Assembly (NCBI GenBank): GCA_963748045.1
Contig: CAVVIC010000004.1
Location: 212,775-276,774, forward strand
DNA from: an uncultured Gammaproteobacteria bacterium
Lineage (GTDB): Bacteria; Pseudomonadota; Gammaproteobacteria; Steroidobacterales; Rariloculaceae
Length of the DNA: 64,000 nt
Direction: 5' to 3'
A program made the translations under genes and the position numbers. Positions 30,972 to 40,402 of the stretch are shown piece by piece; position 1 is the stretch's first letter; every line of letters begins with the position of its first letter. The notes beneath the pieces were generated by a model. It saw nothing but the letters and a program-made list of their open reading frames with translations. It ran no database searches and was not told the DNA's origin.

Positions 30972-32138
30972 GTGATGAGCTACGCGAGCGGACGACATTT
31001 CCTGCAGATCCCCGGACCGACCAACGTGCCGGACCGAGTGCTCCGTGCGATGGCACGGCCGACGATCGACCACCGCGGCCCCGAGTTCGGCGTGCTGGGC
31101 CGCGAGGTGCTCGCGGAGCTGAAACCGATCTTCAAGACCGAGTCGCCGGTCATCATCTATCCGGCCTCGGGCACGGGTGCGTGGGAAGCCGCGCTCGTGA
31201 ACACGCTGTCGCCGGGCGATACCGTGCTGATGTGCGAGACCGGCTGGTTCGCCACGCTGTGGCAACAGATGGCCACGCGCCTCGGCATCGTGCCGGAGCT
31301 GCTTCCGACGGACTGGCGCCGCGGTGCCGATCCAGCCGCGATCGAAGCGCGTCTGCGCGAGGACCGCAAGCACGCGATCAAGGCCGTCTGTGTCGTGCAC
31401 AACGAAACCTCGACCGGCGTCGCGAGCCGCATCGGCGAAGTCCGCAAAGCGATGGATCGCGCCGGGCATCCGGCCTTGCTGCTCGTCGACACGATCTCGT
31501 CGCTCGCGTCGATCGATTTCCGCATGGACGAGTGGGGCGTGGACGTGACGGTTGCAGGTTCGCAGAAGGGCCTGATGCTGCCGCCGGGGTTGTCGTTCAA
31601 CGCCATCTCGCCGAAGGCGCTCGCCGCGAACAAGACGGCGAAGTCGCCGCGCTCGTTCTGGGCCTGGGACGAGATGCTCGCGGCCAACAAGAACGGCTAC
31701 TTCCCGTACACGCCGGGCACGAACCTGCTGTACGGGCTGCGCGAAGCGATCGCGATGTTGAACGAGGAAGGCTTGGAGCACGTGTTCGCGCGGCATACGC
31801 GGCACGCCGAAGCCACGCGGCGCGCCGTGGCGGCGTGGGAGCTCGAGGTCCTGTGCGCGAATCCGGCCGAGTACAGCAGCTCGCTGACGGCCGTGATCGT
31901 GCCCGACGGACATAACGCCGACAAGCTGCGGAACGTGATCTTGGAGTCGTTCGACATGTCGCTCGGCACGGGATTGGGCAAGCTCGCGGGCCGCGTGTTT
32001 AGGATCGGTCATCTCGGGCATTTCAACGACCTCACGCTGGCCGGTACGCTGGCCGGAGTCGAGATGGGACTCGCGCTTGCGGGGATTCCGCACCGGCGCG
32101 GCGGCACGCAGGCAGCCCTCGACTTCCTCTGTACCTGA
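30972..32138 (+). CDS. Class V aminotransferase (serine-glyoxylate / alanine-glyoxylate aminotransferase type)
   Basis: 388 aa, intact (GTG 30972 or ATG 30975). Carries GRHFLQIPGPTNVPDRVLRAM, VVHNETSTGV, GVDVTVAGSQKGLMLPPGLSF (PLP lysine region) and RIGHLGHFND. Confidence 0.85.
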   Translation: MMSYASGRHFLQIPGPTNVPDRVLRAMARPTIDHRGPEFGVLGREVLAELKPIFKTESPVIIYPASGTGAWEAALVNTLSPGDTVLMCETGWFATLWQQMATRLGIVPELLPTDWRRGADPAAIEARLREDRKHAIKAVCVVHNETSTGVASRIGEVRKAMDRAGHPALLLVDTISSLASIDFRMDEWGVDVTVAGSQKGLMLPPGLSFNAISPKALAANKTAKSPRSFWAWDEMLAANKNGYFPYTPGTNLLYGLREAIAMLNEEGLEHVFARHTRHAEATRRAVAAWELEVLCANPAEYSSSLTAVIVPDGHNADKLRNVILESFDMSLGTGLGKLAGRVFRIGHLGHFNDLTLAGTLAGVEMGLALAGIPHRRGGTQAALDFLCT

Positions 32139-32230
32139 CTCCCTTTGGGGGTTGCGGAAACTACTACCCTGCGAGCTTTCTTGACGGTTTGAGCATTCCG
32201 CGGGGCGCGGTGGCCCGGTATCGTGGCCGG

Positions 32231-33167
32231 ATGGGGAGAGGGTTCACGCGTCGGCAGGTGGTGGCCGCTGCGACCGCGGCGGCATTCGCCACGTTCGCCG
32301 GCCGCTCGGTCCGCGCACAGACCGGCAACAGCAGCACTCCGAAGCTCACGGATCTCGGCACGGACCTCGTATTGATCGAGGGCGCAGGCGCCAATGTCGT
32401 CGCGCTCGGCTCGGCGGACGGCGTGCTGCTCGTGGACGGCGGGCTCGCGGAGCGCTCGGCAGCGGTGACCGCGGCGCTCGCGCAACGCTGGCCCGGCCGC
32501 CGCGTCAACGTGCTCTTCAACACGAACTGGCGCGACGAGCACGTCGGCTTCAACGAGTCGGCACTCGCCGCGAGCGCCAAAGTCATGGCGCACGAGAACA
32601 CGAAGCTCTGGCTTGGCGGCGACTTCGACGTCGAGTGGGAGAGGAAGCACTACGCGCCGCGGCCTGCCCGGATGCTGCCGAACAGTACGTTCTACGTGTC
32701 GGGCAGCGTCGAGCTCGGCGGCCGGCGCGCGGAGTACTGGTACTTGCCGCGCGCGCACACGGACGGCGACGTCGCGGTGTTCTTCCCGGATGCGAACGTG
32801 CTCGTCGGCGAGCGATCTCTTGTCCGTCGGCCGCTACCCTATGCCGGACTACGCCACGGGCGGGTGGATCGGCGGCATGCTGGCGGCGTCGAAGGCGTTG
32901 CTCGACAAGACTGACGCGCAGACGAAGATCGTGCCCGCGACCGGCGCGGTCGCCGGCCGCGCCGAGCTCACGGCGCAACACGAGCTCTGCATGGCGGTGC
33001 GAGAGAAGGCCGCCGAAGCGTTTCGCAACGGCATGAGCCTGAAGGACTTCGTTGCGTCGCAGCCGACGGCGGCTTTCGACGCGAAGTGGGGCGACCCGTC
33101 CTTGTTTCTCAAGCTCGTGTACAAAGGCGGGTTCGCGCATCTGCGCGAGCTCGGGGGTGTGATTTAG
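32231..33167 (+). pseudogene. Tat-exported MBL-fold paralog with degenerate metal motif, one frame shift near 32810
   Basis: Twin-arginine leader MGRGFTRRQVVAAATAAAFATFAG. NTNWRDEHVGFN stands in place of NTHxHGDHTGGN, and IVPATGAV in place of PGHG. AHTDGD and the C-terminal QPTAAFDAKWG are retained, showing paralogy with 12168-13010 and 18411-19343. Confidence 0.75.
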
Positions 33168-33169
33168 AA

Positions 33170-35615
33170 ATGCGTGGTCCAGTGGTGTCCGTGGCTCTCG
33201 GTGCCGCCCTCGTAGCGGCTCGGCGCCGGCTACCTGTGGAACGCGCACAAGCCGCAGCCGAGCGCGGCCGAGCAATGGGCGCAGTTCGGCAAGTACTGTA
33301 CCGACTGCCACAACCGCGACGACTACACGGCGCAGATCGCGTTCGACAAGATGACGCCGGAGTCGATCGTCGCGGAGCCCGAGATCTTCGAGGCCGCCGT
33401 GCGCAAGCTGCGCGGCGGTCAGATGCCGCCGCCCGGCGCGCCGCAGTTCGACGTCGACACGCGGCGCCAGTGGGCCAGCTGGCTCGAGCACACGCTCGAC
33501 GCGGCGGCCGCGCGGAAGCCCGCGCCCGGCCGCGTCGCGCTGCACCGGTTGAACCGCACCGAGTACGCGAACGCCGTCGCCGACCTGCTCGCGCTCAAGA
33601 TCGACGTCAAGGCGTTGCTGCCGAAGGACGACGAGAGCGACGGTTTCGACAACGTCGCGAACGTGCTGAAGGTATCGCCGTCGTTCCTCGAGCAGTACAT
33701 CGCGGCGGCGCGCGTGATCAGCGAGATGGCCGTGGGCGACGCCAAGGCCAAGCGCGACAGCCGCGTCTACTACATGAAGCCCGGCATGAACCAGAACTAC
33801 CACGTCGAAGGCATGCCGCTCGGCACGCGCGGCGGCATGCTCGTGGAGCACATGTTCCCGGCCGACGGCCAGTACGAATTCGACATCGGCGGGCTCGCGC
33901 GCGCGCGCTACGTCGAGGGCCTCGAGTATCGGCACACGCTGATCCTCACGATCGACGGCAGCAAAGTCTTCGAGAACGAGATCGGCGGGCGCGAGGACGT
34001 GGCCGCCGTCGACCTGCGCCAGGCGGCCGCGGTCGCGGAGCTGAACGGCCGCTTCGAGAGAATCCGCGTGCCCGTGACCGCGGGTCCGCACAAGGTCGGC
34101 GCCACGTTCGTCGCACGCACGATGGCGGAGTCCGACGCGGTGCTCCAGCCGTTCGTGCCCGGGCGGCGGCGAGGTCGGCATCATCGAAGGCGAGGAGAGC
34201 CCGCTGAAGATACAGCGGCTCGAGATCAACGGCCCGTTCGATGCGAGCGGTGTCAGCGATACGCCGAGCCGCAAGCGCGTGTTCGCGTGCCAGCCGAAGA
34301 CCGCGGCGGACGAGCTGCCGTGTGCGCGCGAGATCGTGCAACGGTTGACGCGCGCCGCGTTTCGCCGCCCGGTGACCGAGGCTGATCTCAAGACGCCGCT
34401 CGAGTTCTACGCGCCGGCACGCGAGATCGGCGACTTCGAGCACGGCGTCCGCAACGCGCTGATGGTCGTGCTCGCGAGCCCCGAGTTCCTGTACCGGTTC
34501 TCGTCGCCGCCCGCCGACCTCGCGCCGGGCGCGACCTACGCGTTGGACGACTTCGATCTCGCGTCGCGGCTCTCGTTCTTCCTGTGGAGCAGCGTGCCGG
34601 ACGACGAGCTGCTCGAGCCTGGCCGAGCAGCACAAGCTGCGCGATCCGACGGTCATCGAGGCGCAGGTCAAGCGCATGCTGGCCGATCCGCGCGCGGAAG
34701 CGCTCGTCACGAACTTCGCGCAGCAGTGGCTGCACATCCGCAACGTGCGCGAGATCGTGCCCGATCCCGTGCTGTTCCCCGGAGTACACGCCGAATCTCG
34801 GCGACGCGCTCGCGCGCGAGATCGAGCTGTTCGTCGGCAGCGTGTTCCTCGAGGACCAGAGCGTGCTCGAGCTGCTGAACGGCAAGTAGACGTTCGTGAA
34901 CGAGCGCGCTCGCGCTGCACTACGGCATCGACGGCGTGCGCGGCGACAACTTCCGGCGCGTGGAGCTCAAGGACCCGAATCGCTGCGGCCTGCTCGGCAA
35001 GGGCGGCATCCTGATGACCACGTCGTACCCGAACCGCACCGCGCCCGTGCTGCGCGGCGCGTGGATCCTGGAGTCGATCACGGGCACGCCGCCCGCTTCG
35101 CCGCCGCCGAACGTGCCGGCGCTCGCCGGAGAACCAGGACGGCGAGCAGCCGCGGACCGTGCGCGAGCGGCTCGAGCAGCACCGCAAGAATCCGGCGTGC
35201 ATCGGCTTGCCACGGCGTCATGGATCCGCTCGGCTTCGCGCTCGAGAACTTCGACGCCGTCGGCGCGTGGCGCGACAGGATCACGAGACGGCGACGCCGA
35301 TCGATGCTTCCGGGCAGCTCGCCGACGGCACGAAGGTCAACGGCCCGACGCAGCTGCGCGATGCGCTGCTCGCGATCCCGCCGCAGTTCGTGCAGACGCT
35401 GACCGAGAAGCTGCTCGGCTACGCGCTCGGCCGCGGCGTCGAGTACTACGACATGCCGGTCGGTGCGGCAGATCGTCCGCGACGCCGAAGCGCGAGAACT
35501 ATCGCTTCTCGGCGATTCTGGCCGGCGATCGCGACGAGCGAGCCGTTCCGTTTCAGCACCGCGCCGGCGCCGACGACGAGTTCGGTCGACACGCCAGGCG
35601 GCCGTGGCGCAGTAA
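33170..35615 (+). pseudogene. DUF1592/DUF1595/DUF1587/DUF1588/DUF1585-type protein with two CxxCH haem motifs, about 11 frame shifts plus one in-frame TAG; 3' end tentative
   Basis: FGKYCTDCHNRDD; LHRLNRTEYANAVADLL; DGFDNVANVLKVSPSFLEQYIAAA; ASPEFLYR; DDFDLASRLSFFLWSSVPDDELL; FAQQWLHIRN; TFVNERLALHYGI; [29 protein letters not shown]; NPACIG[T][16 protein letters not shown]. In-frame TAG at 34887-34889. Confidence 0.75.
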
Positions 35616-35626
35616 GGAGAGAGACG

Positions 35627-36951
35627 ATGTTCGTCACCGAAGAAGCATCTGTCGCGGCGCACCGTGCTGCGCGGAGTCGGCGCGACGGTCGCGCTGCCGA
35701 TGCTCGATGCGATGGTCCCGGCGTTCGCGCGCGAAAGCCGCACCGGCGGCTCGTCACGCTTGGGTTCGTCTACTTCCCGCACGGCGCGATCATGAGCCAA
35801 GTGGACGCCGGCGGCCGAAGGCAAGGCTTCGAGCTGATCGCCGATCCTCGCGCCGCTCGCGCCGTTCAAGAAGCAAGATGACGATCGTCAGCGGTCTCGA
35901 GAACAAGCACGCGTCCGGGCCCCACGCACGCGATCACGCCGGGCACGTGGCTGTCGCGGCGTGATCGCCGCGCATCAGTCACGATCCATATCGGCGGCGA
36001 CGACGGCGGACCAGATCGCGGCCCAGCACATCGGCCAGGACACGCCGCTGCCGTCGCTCGAGGTGTCCACCGAGGAGCCGTCGGCGGCGGTGCCTGCGAT
36101 CGCAACTACGGCTGCAGCTACGGCGCGACGATCTCGTTCCGCACTCCGACGACGCCGCTGCCGATGGAGTTCAACCCGCGCAAGCTGTTCCAGCGCCTGT
36201 TCGGCCAGGGCGATACGCCGGAGGAGCGCAAGCTGCTCGCGGCGCAGTACTGCGAGCATGCTCGACGTCGTCACCGGCAAGGCCGGCGGCGCTCAAGAAG
36301 GCGCGTGGGCGCGTCCGACCGCGCGATGCTCGACGACTATCTCGAGAGCGTGCGCGAGATCGAGCGGCGCGTGCAGAAGATGGAAGCGAACGATCTGTCG
36401 CACATCAATCTGCCGGATGCTCCGGTCGGCATTCCGAACCAGCTTCGACGACCAGATGAACCTGATGTTCGACACGGTCGCGCTCGCGTGGCAGGCGAAT
36501 CTCACGCGCGTCACGACGTTCATGATGGCGGCCGAGGTCAGCAACATGACCTACAACCACGATCGACGTGCCGGATGCGTTCCACGCGCTGTCGCATCAC
36601 CAGAACAACGGGCCGAAGCTCGAGCGCCTGGCGAACGTGCAGACGTATCACATTCGAAGGTCGTTCGCGCGCTTCGTGAAGAAGCTGGCCGACATGCCGG
36701 ACGGCGACGGCTCGATGCTCGATCACTCGATCCTCGTCTACGGCAGCAACATGAGCAATAGCAACGCGCACGATCACTTCCCGTTGCCGATGGCGTTGGT
36801 CGGCGGCGGTTGCGGCAAGCTGAAGGGCGGCCAACACTTGAGTATCCGGATCGAACGCCGCTCTCGAACCTCGATGCTGACCGTGCTGAATCGTGCCGGC
36901 GTGCCGGTCGAGTCGCTCGGCGACAGCACCGGCGAGTTCGCGGAGGTCTGA
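35627..36951 (+). pseudogene. DUF1552-domain protein with Tat signal, about ten or more frame shifts
   Basis: AAGGAG upstream of ATG 35627. HLSRRTVLRGVGATVALPMLDAMVP (twin-arginine); FVYFPHGAIMSQ; TIVSGLENKHA; AMLDDYLESVREIERRVQ; DAFHALSHHQNNG; SILVYGSNMSNSNAHDHFPLPMALVGGG; LTVLNRAGVPVESLGDSTGEF. Confidence 0.75.
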
Positions 36952-36953
36952 CC

Positions 36954-38464
36954 ATGCGCACGCGCGTGCTGGCGGGTTCGCTCGGCTGGGCTCTTCGCGG
37001 CGCTGTCCGGCACGACGTGCGCGCAAGGCACGCTCGTAGCGCGGCTCGGAGTCGCGCAGCACGCCGCCGCGCTCGCGGCGCTCTGGCCGAGCGCGTCGAT
37101 CCGAATCAGGCCGAGCCCGACGGCACGACGCCGCTGCACTGGGCCGTCCACAACAACGACGTCGATCTCGTCGCGAAGCTGATCGCGGCCGGCGCGAACG
37201 TGAACACGGCCAACGACTACGGCGCCACGCCGATGTCGGAAGCCGCGGTGACCGCGAACGTCGACGTGCTGAAGGCGCTGCTCGCGGCCGGCGCGGACGT
37301 CGAATCCGCGAACGCGGATGGGCAGACGGCGCTCATGGTCGTCGCGCGCACGCGGCAACGTCGCGGCCGCGGAGCTCCTGATCGCCCGTGGCGCGAACGT
37401 CAACGCTCGCGAGGAGCGCAAGGGCCAGACGGCGCTGATGTGGGCCGTCGCGCAGAAAGCCAGCCGGCCATGGTGCCGGTGCTGCTGAAGCATGGCGCGG
37501 ACGCGGAAGCACGGTCGAACTTGAACGAGTGGGAACGCCAGGTCACGGCCGAGCCGCGCCAGAAGAATCTGTTGTCCGGGCGGCTTCACGCCGCTGTTGT
37601 ACGCCGCGCGCCAGGGCTGCCTCGACTGCGCGAAGGCGCTGCGTCGGCGCCGGCGCCGCCGTCGATCGCACGGATCCGGACGGCGTGACGCCGTTGATCA
37701 GTGCGCTGCTGAACGCGCACTTCGACACGGCGAAGTTCCTGCTCGAGAAGGGCGCGAATCCGAACAAGTGGGACTGGTGGGGCCGCACGCCGCTGTACCT
37801 CGCCGTCGACTACAACACGTTGCCGCACGGCGGCCGGCCGGATCATCTGTCGCTCGACGCGACGACGAGCACGGCGATGATCGATATGCTGCTCAAGGCC
37901 GGCGCGAATCCGAACGCGCAGCTGAAGCTGTTCCCGCCGTATCGGAGCCTGCGCATGGATCGCGGCGCGGATGCGATTCTCGACATCGGCACGACGCCGC
38001 TGCTGCGCGCCGCGCGCGGCTCGGATCTCGCGGCCATCGAACGGCTCGTCGCGAAGGGCGCGCTGCTCGATCTGCCGCAGCAGGCCGGCATCACGCCGCT
38101 GATGGCGGCGGTCGGTGCCGGCGCGTCGCCGACCGACACGCGCGGCAAGTTCCGCACGGAGCTCGAAGCGCTGGCCACGGCCGAGGCATTGCTGACGGCC
38201 GGCGCCGGCATCGACGTGCGCGACAACAGCGGGCGCACGGCGCTGCACTACGCGGCGGCCGCGGGCTACACGGACGTCGCGAAAGCGCTCGTCGACCACG
38301 GCGCCGACTTGAACGCCAAAGATGTGGACGGCGTCACACCGGCCGAAGCCGCGATGGGCAAGCTGCGCGGTCGCGGCCGCGGCGGCGCCGCGGCGTACCC
38401 CAAGACGGCCGCGCTGCTGCAAGGGTCTGATGGCGTCCGCACAACCGCGCGCTGCGACGCATAA
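36954..38464 (+). pseudogene. Ankyrin-repeat protein (probably periplasmic), three to four frame shifts
   Basis: Repeated ankyrin text: DGTTPLHWAVHNNDVDLVAKLIAAGANVN, YGATPMSEAAVTANVDVLKALLAAGADVE, DGVTPLISALLNAHFDTAKFLLEKGANPN, GRTALHYAAAAGYTDVAKALVDHGADLNAKD. The start is 3 nt after the DUF1552 stop. Confidence 0.8.
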
Positions 38465-38516
38465 ACTTTCCCGGTTTGCTGCCGATAACCCGGTTGGGTG
38501 CTACCGGATTAGGTCT

Positions 38517-39924
38517 ATGGCAGGCGTCGCCGCGGAAGCGCAGTGGAAAGATAAGTATCGCGAACTCGTTCGTGATTACGAGACCAAGGAGCGTGAGTGG
38601 TCCGCGCTCGAGCACGCGCTGCGCGCGGCCGCCGGCAAGCTGGCGTTCGCCGCCATGGGGCAGAACGCCGCGCTCGACAAGGCCGTCGAGTCCGTTCTAG
38701 GGGCGCTGCGCACCGATCTCTCCGCCGCCAATCTCGACGCGAGCATGAGCGGTCTCGTGCGCGCGCTGCAGCTTCCGAAGGCGGAGGAGGCTCCGGCCGC
38801 GGCGAAGCCCGCGGCCGCGACGAATTCCGCACCGGTGCGCGCGGCGACCGCTGCGCAGCCTGAGTAACCCCGCGACCGAATCCGTCGACGTCGAAGCCGC
38901 TGCTGCGCGGTCTGCTCGCCGCGCTCGCGCGCACGCCGGCGCTGGCCGAGGTGGCGGGCAAGCTCGAGCGAAAGCTGGATGCCGGCGTGGTGGCGGCGGA
39001 CTGGGCGCCTTATCTGCGCTCCGTCGCCGACTCCGTCGCGGCAGTCATCGCGGACCTCCAGGCGCAACGCCGCGAGCTCGAAGAGTTCCTCGAGCAGGTC
39101 ACGCGGCAGTTGGCCGAGTTCGAGGACTGGACCACGTGGCAGGCAGGGCGAGGCCAAGAGTCGGCAGGCCGACACGATTCGGGCTCGAGCACAAGGTGAC
39201 GGCCGAGATGCACGGGCTGCACAAGGAGGTCGAGGACTCGCGCGACCTGACGGCACTCAAGGTCAAGGTTCAGTCACGGCTCGACACGGTCGCGCAACAG
39301 CTGGTCGCGTTTCGCGACAACGAGGGGCGCCGGCTTGCCGAGAGCGAACGGCGCACGGTCGAGTTGAAGCGCGAGGTCACGAAGCTGAAGGGCCGAACCA
39401 CCGAGCTCATCAGGGTCTGCGCGGACCAGGAGAACCGGCTCATGCTCGACTCGCTGACCGGCGTGCACAGCCGGTATGCGTACGAGCAACGGCTCGAAGA
39501 AGAGTATCAGCGCTGGCAGCGCCACGCTCAGCCGCTGACGTTCTCGATCTGGGACGTGGACCTGTTCAAGCGCATCAACGATACCTGTGGCCATGACGCG
39601 GGCGATCGCCTGCTGCGCGGCATCGCGGACATCCTCGGGCGCTACAAACGCGTCGAGGACTTCCTCGCGCGCATCGGCGGCGAGGAGTTCGTGCTGCTGC
39701 TGCCCATGACGGCGCTGGAGGCGGCGAAGACCGTCACGGAGAAGCTCCGCGCCGCGGTCGAGCGCACCGAGTTTCGCCATCACGGCCAGCACGTGTCCGT
39801 GACGATCTCGTGCGGGCTCACGGAGTTTCGAGCGCACGACACGCCGACCGTGGTCTACGAGCGTGCCGACGGGGCGCTGTACCAGGCCAAGCTGCAAGGA
39901 CGCAACCGCTGCGTCTCGGCCTGA
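38517..39924 (+). pseudogene. Diguanylate cyclase (GGDEF) with long N-terminal coiled-coil region; in-frame TAA plus two to three frame shifts
   Basis: C-terminal GGDEF domain is intact (DSLTGVHSRYAYEQRL, FSIWDVDLFKRINDTCGHDAGDRLL, LARIGGEEFVLLLP). The N-terminal helical text is split by TAA 38865-38867 and by frame hand-offs near 38870 and 39140-39190. Confidence 0.8.
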
Positions 39925-39970
39925 GCGCGGCGTTCGTCGCCCTTGCCGTCGGCGCCGTGGCACGCGATGG

Positions 39971-40234
39971 TTAACGCACTTTGCTGAGCCGGGCCGCCAT
40001 GCGCGTCTGCCAGCCTGGGCCCGTGGCCTTCCACTTCTCGATGACGATCGCGGGCAGTCGCAGCGTGATAGGCTTTTTCGCGTTCGGAGAGAAGGGGCGG
40101 CCGCCACGCTTCCAGACGCCGCGCGCCAGCATCTCGTCTGTGAGCTCCGGAAGCTCCTCGTACTCTTCCTCGAAATCGAGGTTGCGGTGCGCCGGCGTCC
40201 AGGCGCGTTTGTTCGGATCATACGTGATGCGCAC
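39971..40234 (-). CDS. brnA: BrnA-type antitoxin with a BrnT-like N-terminal stub (probable remnant of a brnTA module)
   Basis: 87 aa from GTG 40234. VRITYDPNKRAWTPAHRNLDFEE resembles the first ~20 residues of BrnT toxins. PELTDEMLARGVWKRGGRPFSPNAKKPITLRLPAIVIEKWKATGPGWQTRMAARL matches the BrnA C-terminal pattern. No separate toxin gene is nearby. Confidence 0.55.
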   Translation of the reverse strand: MRITYDPNKRAWTPAHRNLDFEEEYEELPELTDEMLARGVWKRGGRPFSPNAKKPITLRLPAIVIEKWKATGPGWQTRMAARLSKVR

Positions 40235-40402
40235 GGTGGTGGTACTTGCGATAGACCGCGGAGCTGGAGCCCGCGCCGGGGCACACGACCGAGTGTGAGG
40301 ACACCCGTTGCATGCGCTCCCGCCCTGAATCCAGCTGGTTTCACTGGAAACTCGCTGGCAGACTGCGGGAGTCACGCCGCCCGCGTGGCAGGGGGGAGAA
40401 CG

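Noticed and set aside
33170-38464. DUF1592/DUF1552 cluster as a horizontally acquired planctomycete-type island
   Set aside because: I see no compositional break, flanking repeats, tRNA or mobility genes. The family also occurs natively in many Proteobacteria as far as I recall.
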